A DNA stretch of 64,000 bases, from NCBI RefSeq assembly GCF_001194135.2, contig NC_068982.1, positions 150,291,135 through 150,355,134 on the forward strand, read 5' to 3'. Numbering within the stretch: the first letter of the stretch is position 1; each line of letters starts with the position of its first letter. Below the pieces are notes generated by a model. The model searched no databases. It saw only the letters and a list, made by a program, of their open reading frames with translations, and was not told the origin of the DNA. The position numbers and the translations under genes were made by a program. This DNA is from Octopus bimaculoides (lineage: Eukaryota). Of this stretch, positions 53,124-64,000 are shown one piece after another.

Positions 53124-53339
53124 TTCGAGCTGGCAGAAACGTTAGCACGCCGGGCGAAATGCTTAGCGGTATTTCGTCTGTCTTTACGTTCTGAGTTCAA
53201 ATTCCGCCGAGGTTGGCTTTGCCTTTCATCCTTTCGGGGTCGATAAATTAAGTATCAGTTGCGTACTGGGGTCGATCTAATCGGCTGGCTCGCTCCCCCA
53301 AAATTTCGGGCCTTGTACCTAGAGTAGAAAAGATTATTA
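53124..53339 (+). mobile_element. Young full-length SINE family B
   Basis: GAGCTGGCAGAAACGTTAGCACGCCGGGCG...GAGTTCAAATTCC...CCTAGAGTAGAAAAGATTATTAT. Confidence 0.92.
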
Positions 53340-53950
53340 TGCAGTAGTCTTATTTTTATCGCGTGGTTTCTCTGCCCTACCGAGCGCAGCTCTGTGTGCC
53401 TTGAGTGTGTGTTGTGGTTTGTTGTGCTGCTCTTATTTTCACCGTATTGAAAGTGTTTTACGTAAGATGTGTGTAGAGCCTAGTAGTGTTATTTTCTGTA
53501 TGTTATATATACTTGTAAGTCCTGGTATTTTAGTTATGTATTTGTCTGACTGCTTTTTTATCATCCCTAATGCGCCTACAGTGATAGGAATTGTTTCTGC
53601 TTTTAGACTCCACATTCGAGTTCCAGATCTTTGTATTTTGAAAGTTTCTCCGTTTCTCCGTTTCTTTTAGAGAAACATTGTCATCTATTGGTATTGATAC
53701 ATCGATTAGAAAACATTTTTTTTTCTTGGTGATCTCTGACAACTATATCCGACCTATTGGCCTTAATTTTTCTATTTATGTGTATTGGCATATCTCAGAG
53801 TATGGTTGCTTTCTCATTTTCTATGACCTTTTCTGGAGTGTGCCTATACCATCTTTTTTTTTCTGTTATTCCATAGTGTTAGCATAGCTTCCAGTGTTTA
53901 TAGGTCCCAACTCTGTCGTGTCTGTGAATATATTCCTTCTTAGCCAGATT
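53340..53950 (-). mobile_element. R4/Dong RLE domain and 3' UTR (same family as 25318-25603)
   Basis: RHDRVG..HWKLC, NRSDIVVRDHQEKKCFLIDVSIP (RLE motif); shared 3' UTR GAGCTGCGCTCGGTAG. Confidence 0.9.
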
Positions 53951-53961
53951 GCTGCTGCTGC

Positions 53962-54021
<60 letters not shown>

Positions 54022-54049
54022 TGATGACGATGATGATGATGATGATGTA

Positions 54050-55500
54050 TTTCCAACTGTCTGACGTCTACCAGACTACATAGATTTTTTTTTTTTTAAA
54101 TATATTATGATATCTGGGCAGGCAGTGTCTTAGAATATCACGGCCATACTGTTGTTCATGTACCGGGTTTATTATGAGCTTACAACATTTACATCCAGTT
54201 ATGGTGTTGAGGCATTTAATGTGGATGTAACTTTTTGTATCGCCTTTGCGAAGCTAGGACAGCCTGAAATGATGTGATCAATTGGTTTTTCTTTGCACAG
54301 GATATTAGCTGCTTGCTTCCCCACCCCACCATTTTTTTATATATCTGGCCTGTTAACCAATTACTTTTTACAGCTATAATCACACCTTCCAGAGTTTTTG
54401 AGACATTGGTACCTCCCATATTGATGCATTCTGTCTTTATCCAGGATTATTCTTTTTATTTCTGTTCTAATTTTACATTTTGTTTTTCACCTTTTCTGTA
54501 ATTTTGTTTTTATTTAAACCTATTTCCTCAAGAACTCTCTACTTGAATGGACGATAAACAAAACTTGACTGTAAAAAGGATTTAGATAATCCTATCAGGT
54601 GGTGCTATTAAGTTAGACATGGCCTGGACCAATCTTTGGTCGAAACATATCTAAGTTTATCTAAGTTTACCAGCCTGTTAGACTTTTCACTTTTGTGTAT
54701 TCATATAGAAATAAAAAATGTTCTGATTTTCATCTTCATATTTCCTTATTATACTAATCAGTATTCCTCTGCTTGAGTCTAAATGTTTTATAGACTCATA
54801 TTGTCATATGTCTATGTAAGTAATAAGCTTATTCCATCCATGTTAGTTTATGGTAGTTGGTTCGAAAACCAGTTAATAGCTTTATTGTTTGTTTGTATTT
54901 TTAATTTTCCTATCTAGGGACTTCAGTTCCCCTTGCTTATATCTAAGCTGTAGATTATGACTGGGGTGGTTGGTGTTATATATACTCGTCTTTTTTTTTT
55001 TTTTTTTTTTTTTTTTCATTGAGTTTCTTTGGCACTTCAAGATAATGTCTTTAAGGTTTTAAAACCTTTCGGACGGAAACGTTAGTTTATAGTTTCTCCA
55101 TAAAATGTTTAACCACTTCATTTCTTTATGTAGTCAAATCTAGATAAAAGAGCAATGGAGAAAAGGAGTCTCCTTGAGATATTTCTATTATGGGAATTAA
55201 AGCAGTTTTTTTTTATCATTCTCTTTATCTGGTAATTTCATTGAGGGATTTCTTTTCCGTATGGGGTAGCTGACATATTTAGTATAGGACTACCTTAATA
55301 ATATCTAGAAGTATGGTATGCTGTTGCAAGATTTTTAGAGTTCAAACACGCATTCTTAAATTTTTATTTCTTTTTCTGTTGTCTTCAAAAATTCCTCAAT
55401 ATATCTCTTTTCCAGGACCTTCCTCCTCCATTTGGTGTTGAGATGTTCACATTTGATTCTGTTAAAAGAATTCCTTTAAAAACCTAGTTTTCTATGATCA
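54050..55500 (-). mobile_element. Older, highly degenerate R4/Dong remnant
   Basis: Fragments ISQGDSFSPLLFYL, LTGQIYKK and IDHIISGCPSFAK across frameshifts. Confidence 0.65.
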
Positions 55501-56044
55501 TTTGTCAATTCTAGACGAAAGAGTAATTGCGATAAGGACATAAGGATTATAATGATCAGTGTTATCATTGTCATCATTATCCTGTTCATTATGATCTTCA
55601 TTATTCTCATCATCATCATCGTTGCCTTGATGCCATTGTCTTTGTTACTAAGAATCTTTTCCTACAATTACAGTCCAGTAAAATTAACTAGTAGATCACA
55701 GGAATTTATTAACGCCTAAGATTAACGGAAAAGATTGCATACATACAAACATAAATTTTCTTATACATACATACATACAAACATACATACTGTTGTACGA
55801 GAGCACGATGCCCCCTGGCAAGAATGGACTGGACCACTACATATAAATACTAGAGATCTGAGTAAGTCAGAGAGTTCATGCCAGTTCCCGAGTCGTTTGA
55901 TTCCCTGTTAGTCGCTTGTTGTTTAATTGTTGAAGGTCTACTGTACCTAATTGTTGAATAATCGAAATTGTTGAATTGGTGTTCGTTACCAGTTAATTTT
56001 TGTTTTCTTCCCCATTTGTGGGTGAAGTCGTTAATAACAACGTT

Positions 56045-57007
56045 ATGGAGAGACAACCAGTTCCAGCAGGCAGTTACGCTGCAGTAACGGGGAAAAGTTT
56101 GACAGCAGATATCTTCCAAGTAAGAGAAATTCAACTGGAGGAGACAAATTTTAAGAAATACAATGAACTGTTAAGAAAGGAAGGAGACAGCCTGAGGTTG
56201 ACGCCGCCCAAGGAAATTATGGAAAAGACAGAAAAAAGGACAGTAATATACAGAACGCTGTCTATCGCTACAAAAAGAGTTGAAATAGCTGCAGCAGGGG
56301 TGGCCGAATAATGCTTGAAAGAGAATAAAAGCCTCACTACGCATTACACCAGAGGCAAGAAATATGGCACAGTGGAGGTACGCTTCGCGAGCGAACAAGA
56401 AGCGATAAAACATTCCACTGTGCCTTTAAGATCCACTGAGTGGGTACTACTGCCAACCTACTGTGGCAAACGTGCGGCCAGAGTTAGGATTGGTAGAGTG
56501 TCCCCAGAGATTGACGAGGCATGGCTGGTGGCAGCCATCCTCTACAACACAGAGGAGGAGACTAAAATCTTCAAAATTACAAGAACAGCGGAGGTGAACC
56601 AATGGGAATACGGCCTTGAGGTGACGGTCCACGTCAGTCTACCAGACCTCCACTAAATTTCAGAGAAAGTATTGTTACCGGACGAGACGAAGTTAAGAGT
56701 TGTAGTGGAGGGAAGACCTCCCATATGTTTTCAGTGTGGAGTATGGGGACACATGAAAGCTAAGTGTCCCCAGAAACACGAAGAGAAGGTGACGGAGATG
56801 GAACAGCAAGGAGAGGTAGAGGTGCAAGGCGTAGAGGAGCAGAGACCAGCGGAAAATATGGAAGAAAGGTACACAGTGGTGAAGAGGAAGAAAAGACAAG
56901 AAAACGCAGACTCGCCACCAAAGAGTCCCATGAAGAAAAGAAAAGGAAGTGTAGAGGAGAGACAAGGTTTACCAAAAGGAGGAAAAGCGAACGAGCAGAA
57001 AAATTAA
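56045..57007 (+). mobile_element. L1/Tx1-type LINE ORF1 (gag-like, CCHC zinc knuckle) with two in-frame stops
   Basis: A single frame from ATG 56045 with TAA at 56309 and 56654; SYAAV, VEVRF, and CFQCGVWGHMKAKC; basic/acidic C-terminus. Confidence 0.8.
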
Positions 57008-60000
57008 GCGAGAAAGACGAAGAGAGAAAACAGAGAACGATACTAGCAACTAGCACGGAGGGGAAAGTAAAAGGACAGGAAATAAAAGGAAGATAGAAGA
57101 GAAATAACAACAACATCGAGTGAGAGACAAGCAAAGAAGAAATAGATGGTAACACAAGCAACAGCAGAAGAGATTAGCGATGGAAATCTATCGCTGGCGG
57201 CAAGTCGTCGAACTCCACGCGTACTCCTGTTGGGTTTATTTTGTGAGGTAAAAATAGCAATGCAAGGGATACTGTTAGGAAGGAGTTCGTGAATACATTC
57301 AAAGAGTTAGATGTGAAGGTCACTATAGATTCCTATCTTAGCATTGTTTAATTTTTCTGACATATCTTAAGTTTAGGTACAGTAAGCACTGACTCCTATT
57401 GTAAACCTAACTGGAAATTGCAGTGTATTAATATGGATTTTCTTATAGGTGTGGATGATATTAGTGAAAAGAGGGTCTATGGAATGTGCGGATAATACTT
57501 TCGAACATATTTTGGTATTACCTGAAAAAAATATGTATGTTTTTAAAATTATTAAATTTTGTTAAATTTGTGTAAAATACCTTGAAATGGTTAGATTATT
57601 CTTTAACACTGTTGTAATCCAACGTCAGACTGTTATAACGTCCACTCCGGTATAGCAGTATAGTTATTTAGACAAGACACGACTACCTTAACTTCTCGAC
57701 GTCACCGTATTTATAACGACTATTACATACCACTCGTCACGTGGGAGGGGTGTTCCATTATTACTATTATCCCCATAACAAGCACTTATCTTGTTTTATG
57801 ATATTGAGAATGTCAAATTCAAATGGTTCCGGTCTTTTTGTTCATAGGTATGTATTTTCGATATCTCAAGCCTTAACTCTTTTCCTTGTTATAGCACAAC
57901 AAATAAACCCACATACACACAAATAATATAATAATACATCTTTAACATAAACAAATACGCGCAAAATTGCCTAACCAACGCTCATAAAATATTCAAAGAA
58001 ATTGTTCGCATATAGATGAATTAATCAATTCTGTGCTCTCGCGTTCGGCAGGTGTTTTGACCGCTATGTGCTGCACTAATGATCTAATATGCCATCTATT
58101 TCTTTGAATTGTAGTCTGCCGAAAACTCTGGAAGTCAGTCAAGGCAAACACTACGAAAACTCTAACGAATGGACATTCTTTATTTTACCACAGGGTGGAA
58201 AGAAATTAGACTATATAACCTTGACAAATTTAAAGAGATTTTAGATTTTGCTAATTGTTCGTGAAAATCCTTAAGAAACGCCTTGGCATTCTCTTCCCCT
58301 TCCCCTTGGCCTTTTGGTGGGGTTTTTTCTGTAGGTGATTTTTATCATCTATAATTAAATTTTAACCAATGATTTTTTTAAACCATTATCTGATTGCTGC
58401 TCAAACAAAAACTCTTTGAATTATTGAAATGTTCCTGAACATTTGTTCTTATCGTTTTAATAATCATTTCTTAGATACTGGAAAATAATCATTTCTCTTC
58501 CGATAAATATTCATCTACTATTTTTTTTCGTTGCTAAACACGTAGTTCTTTCCGCGCTGAATTTATTGGCCTAGAATTTGTTGTAATCTCTTTAGCATAC
58601 TTCTTTAGCACACTTCGACGGATTTTGTTAATGGAAATAATTTGTCTCACTTCTTTATTGACTCTTTCTTAAGCCTTTTTTATATGTGAATCTCAATCGT
58701 TTGTTCTACTAACACACTATGAAATAGTGACATCTCTGTCAAATCTTATTTACTAATGCTAAAACGTATTACCTTTAACTTCCATCTCATTCTCTTGATT
58801 AGATATTTGCTCTTTTCAATTAGGCACTTAATTTTTTTCTGTAATATCAAAAGCATTCTTTGCAGAAATTTTTGTGGGTTATTGTTCCATTTTCAGTTAT
58901 TGTAGCCTTATGTGTTGACAGTTTTCGACAAAGTAAAGAGAACCGTTTTGTTTGGTGAAAATGTTTGTGCTTACAAGTGGAAAAAGTACATTATTGGGAT
59001 CTGAAGGGTTTTGAATAATCAATTAAATAGCGATAATTTATATTTCGATGAGTTTACGAATATTTTTACTTATGTATCATCATGCGACTCTCCATCTTCA
59101 AACGAATAAATAGTCGTCTACGTGAAACTCAGATCAGAGTAATGATTCAGACATCTTTGCCTTCAATTAAAATATACACATTCCTTGTATTCAGTATTTT
59201 TACTACACATACTCTGATCTTTTTTCTACTTCGCTACTCTCTCTCTCTCTCCCTCTCTCTCTCTCTCTTCCTATATATATATATATATATATATTTATTT
59301 ATTTATTTATTTATTCACACACACACACATATATAGTTATTCCGTTAACGTGGTAGAGTACAGTATAAAGTTCATCCACCTTCAGAATTTCCCAGTACTA
59401 TCCGGTAGTATTATTATATACTTCCAAGTTTAAGTTTGGGCATTCGTCGTGTGGTAATATAAAATTGAAGAAATTGGAGTGAACAAGGAGTACGGTTGGA
59501 CAGTTATTTTTTAATCGCTACAATTGTTTCAACGCAACGTAGTTCTTCAAAAATACAGGTATTTGATTATGCAACTGTTTGTTTGCATAATGAGATCTAA
59601 TTGTGCTTCCTCAGGCGATCTGCGAGTGTTGTCTCCGTTAGTTTAAACATCGTCGACTTCAAGGTCATCCCCTCCGTCCGGCATAGTTTGAATTTAGTAG
59701 TAGCTGATAGACTCATGGTGTGTGGTACCAGAGTAAGTTTGGCGGACTGCTATGAATGGTAGTACATGGCTATTTGAACGGGATTGGTGTTGCTAGGACA
59801 ATTCATTCTCGGGTATTTCGTCGTCGGTTAATTTATCCCCGGTCAATTCGTCGTTGATCAATTCATCCCCAGTTCAATTCGTCACAGACCAATTCGTCCC
59901 AAAATACTCTTAGATGTGATTTTCGAGGGAAAGTTTAGAACAATCACTTTAGAATTAAAATTGTCGCTGGACAGTTTCAGATATTTTTTCCCTTCTTTAA

Positions 60001-61409
60001 CCTCCTCTCTCTCTTTCTCTCTCTCTTGCCCTCTCTTAAATATCTGCGCTGAACAAAGCTTACAAACAAAGATTTTCAAGCAAATCGAATTAAATTTATT
60101 CACTACGCCTACCCATCAACATGACTACCTTCAGAGAAAGGAAAAATCAAAGTGGTCGATCAAGAAAATTATATATATAGAGAAAGAGAGAGGGGGGGGG
60201 GAGATTATCTTTGGGATCTATGATTTGCTGACAATATGTATGTATGTATGCTAGCCGGGGAGCTCGACCCTGCCTGGATGTTGAAATTTACCTCTTCATT
60301 CAGAGAACAAGCCGAATACTAAACCTTCTCCTGAACATGAGAATTGAATATCCATTTTTCCTCTTGCACAATACCTATATTGTTAAATTAGGTCATTTGA
60401 AAGTTGTACTTCATATTGACAGACAGGTAGATAGATAGTCGATGTACGCAATTGAGATAGTATTGAATTAAAATGGACATTTGTAATGTCTATACATCGT
60501 TGAAAGGTATGATATTGTGGCTTTTGTCTGAGAGAAAATCTCTTAGACATGTTGTGATAAGAAAGAAAAGGACAAGGACAGCGAAGAGTTAACTAAATTA
60601 TTTGAAATCAGCATTTTTCTGGTGTAGTTTTGAGTTTCGTGGTCAAGAAGTCGGCCAATGTAATTTGTTTAACAGATTTCCTCGGCAACATAATTAATAA
60701 ATGAATAATCAATTAAAAGATATTGTTGTTGATTTATTGATCGAACTTGAGTAGACGGCAATGGGGTAACTTTAAGTGTTTCAAGTTAATTGACAGATAA
60801 TGAAAATTATGTAAAATGTATATGTATATATGTGTGTGTGCGTGTAAGCGTACGAATGTATACGTGTACACGTATGCACATGTGTGTGTCTGTATGTGTA
60901 TGTGCATAGTTACACACACGTACCCATACACACATGCATAATTGCATAGTCATGAATATTTGTGTGCGTGTGTATGCATGTATATTTGTGTGTGTGTATA
61001 TATATATAACACAAAAATGGAATGAACAGGCTTTAATTCAAACCACAACAATTGTTTCTATACATTAGCAATAGCTGTGTACTCGCACGTCATCAGGTGA
61101 GAGTACTGCTGGATCGCCCATAGTTTCGAATGCTTACAGACAAAAGAGATGAGGAATTCTTCAAATATATATTTTGGCAACATTACTATCCATTTTCATA
61201 AAAGGCGAGACATGTCTATGCTAAAGAAAAGACTTAATAGGAAGTTGTGATTTGGTTTGTCATGGTTTCGATTAAAGCCTGTTCATTTCATCCAGTTGTA
61301 TTATAATTTTTTTTTTTTAATTCTGCGTACACCAGCGGATTTCCACATGCATATCCAGTAAAAGGAGGATCCCAAAACTTTGAAATGCACGTTATTATTA
61401 AATGTGTGA

Positions 61410-61469
<60 letters not shown>

Positions 61470-62040
61470 TACCATACCGTTTTTTCTTTCAAAAATATTG
61501 TATCTTGGACTGTATTATCCAATATGGCCATCTTTTCCTTTAATGCGGTGGGATTTAATGGATATTTGCCTACTATTTATAGCAAGTCAAGCTACCGTGT
61601 ACAGGCTCATTTTAATAGTTGTTGCTATTGTTGTTGTTCGACCCAAGCCAGATCTAATTAAGATCACCTATGATCGAAAAGTATAGAATATCATCCAACG
61701 TGTCTTTAAGACACTGCAATAAGATTTGAGGAAGCTCTGGCTACTATTTCTAGCATCCGTTTCTTATGACAGAATGGTGTGATTTAAAAGACTTTTGCAT
61801 CAACCGTCTTTATAGAGGCTCCCGCGATGGATTATTTCTTTTACTAGAGATTCGCTTATATAATTTATGTGATACATGACACAGAATCGTGCCTCACATG
61901 AGATGCAAGCTTTGAGAGTAACATTTAATGAGTGTGACTCGAGAGACCTGTAAAAAGGTTTACAATAACCACACTGATACACTGAAGAGTTTGAATTCAG
62001 CCAACATGTAGAACAAAAACAATCTCGGAAAGTAAATAAT

Positions 62041-62470
62041 CTTTTCTGCACAAGGGCCGAAATTTTGGGGGAGAGGACTAGTCGATTAAATTGACCCCAG
62101 TACGCAACTGGTACTTAATTTATCGACCCTGAAAGGATGAAAGGCAAAGTCGACCTCGGTGGAATTTGAACTCAGAACGTGTAAAGACAGACGAAATACC
62201 GCTAAGCATTTCGCCCGGCATACTAACGTTTCTTATTTCTTTACTGCCCACAAGGGGCTACACACAGAGGGGACAAAACAAGGACAGACAAACGGATGAT
62301 TAAGTCGATTAGATCGACCCCAGTGCATAACTGGTACTTATTTAATTGACCCCGAAAGGATGAAAGGCAAAGTCGACCTCGGTGGAATTTGAACTCAGAA
62401 AGTAAAGACAGACGAAATACCGCAAAGCATTTCGCCCGGTGTGCTAACGTTTCTGCCAGCTCGCCGCCTT
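62041..62470 (-). mobile_element. Composite/dimeric SINE family B insertion with a 16-bp TSD
   Basis: TCGGAAAGTAAATAAT at 62025-62040 and 62471-62486; two SINE bodies with different 3' tails. Confidence 0.9.
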
Positions 62471-63442
62471 TCGGAAAGTAAATAATACCGTAGAAATTCT
62501 AAGAATCTATTAATATAAGCAACCTATACTTCATGAAAATTTAAGATTACTTACAGTAAAACGTCAGAAGAATGCTGTTTCTGACAACGTTCTTCTGACA
62601 TTACGGCTAATGTAATTAAATTGACGAAAGAAAACTAAGTGATTTACAAAATACAGATTATAATTCTGAGTTTAATTTTTCCTCAAAAAATCACAGAGGT
62701 TGGTTTTCCAAGGAAACTGAGCAATGTTCAGCCACTGTAAATGTAACTGACTCTCAGCTAAACCCTTGTCCAAGCAATTTTTTATTGTGAAAATATACAA
62801 CCTGAAGATTGTATCGTTCAAAGAAGAATCTAAATTGCAATCTACTTGTAGAAGCTACTTGTAATAGCCCAATCAACCATTTGTATTTTAAGCAATAAGT
62901 GTTTGGTATATTATATTTATTAGTGAGTTTTTAACTAAAAACAAAACAGAATATTGGTGTTATTGCTATTGTTCTTTATCCTAAGGCTAACCTCTGATCG
63001 AGCAGCCCTATAATCAAAAGCATTTGTGATCTCACTTCTTTTTCCAAGACACAATACACTTAGAATCTCCGCAGCCAACACTACCCTCTTTTCTAAGAAT
63101 AAAATGAATAGTTTTATGGATATTTAGCTGTTATATCCAATAGTAGCTATTCGATCCACTGAGGAAACGATCCCTTGTTAATAAAATGGTAAAAAAATGT
63201 GAGATTATCGTTTTATGTTTTCTCAACTAAAATAATTTCACATTAAATGTTTGAAATATTGATACGTTGTAAGTAAAATCTATAAAAATGACTAAGAAAA
63301 ATATTTTAATCAAATTGTTAGGTAGGAACCTGAAGAAATATAAATACAATTTTCCATTTTGTTTACTGGGAATAATTGCAAATAAATTAATGGTATATTA
63401 CTTTTTATCAGCTTTAACAATCTATTTCCATTTCTATTGCAG

Positions 63443-63475
63443 GAGTATCATCCGAAAATATATCATCACTAATTG
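63443..63475 (+). CDS. Candidate 33-bp symmetric (phase 1-1) microexon, possibly of the CUB gene
   Basis: tttccatttctattgcAG|GAGTATC...CTAATTG|GTAAGT; open reading (G)VSSENISSLI; phase compatible with the 38870 donor. Confidence 0.55.
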
Positions 63476-63499
63476 GTAAGTGCATATGTTTGCGCGCAC

Positions 63500-63530
<31 letters not shown>

Positions 63531-64000
63531 ATACAAAATTTAAGCTATGTATTCACTGAACATTCTGGATATGGCTTAATATTTTCTTTTTGCTCTAAAT
63601 ATTTTACAAGTACTAAAGTATATATTTTATCAAAAGAAAATTATTGCAGCTATAACATGCCATAAGCACAAGCAGACACATATATTCATACACACATACA
63701 CACAAAATTAACATTTCAAAAAGAATAGAAACTAACAAACAAAATAAATCATTGCATAATTGTATGACGATGTTTGCAGCAATTCGGAAAATTTGGTTAA
63801 ACGACCAACACACATGTACGTAGGAGAGTGAAACGCAGAATGAAAAAACTTCTAACACTTCTGATGACAATGTTATTTTGCTTTGCTTTATTTTGTTTTT
63901 CTGGGAGGGGGGGCGTTTCTTTTTGGAACTTTGCATTTTTGTTTTTTCAGAAAAATATTGCCAATTTGTCTTTTTTTCATCCTAAATTAATTTTTAATAG

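Noticed and set aside
54625-54660. GACCA/TGGTC stem followed by GAAAC (hammerhead-like)
   Set aside because: The CUGANGA core is absent and it lies within a degenerate R4/Dong remnant.

Overview
AT-rich, microsatellite-dense eukaryotic DNA with about 12 N-gaps. The SINE types and repeat landscape suggest an octopus/coleoid genome (inference). The only host gene I can support is on the + strand: two exons (30192-30376, 38711-38870) splice in frame into one complete CUB domain, and a 33-bp microexon (63443-63475) is a candidate further exon. Most of the rest is transposable-element debris: many R4/Dong-type RLE LINE fragments associated with (TAA)n tracts, Tx1/L1-type LINE ORF2 and ORF1 remnants, three tRNA-derived SINE families, and hAT and Tc1/mariner-type MITEs. 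The most notable signal is in the intron that splits the CUB domain (30.7-34.3 kb): six type I hammerhead-ribozyme or hammerhead-like motifs from at least four sequence families. One of them is a retrozyme-like ~411-nt monomer present as a fold-back. The copies with intact cores are antisense to the gene, and both sense copies carry core mutations. All alignments and folds were done by eye; no database searches were run.
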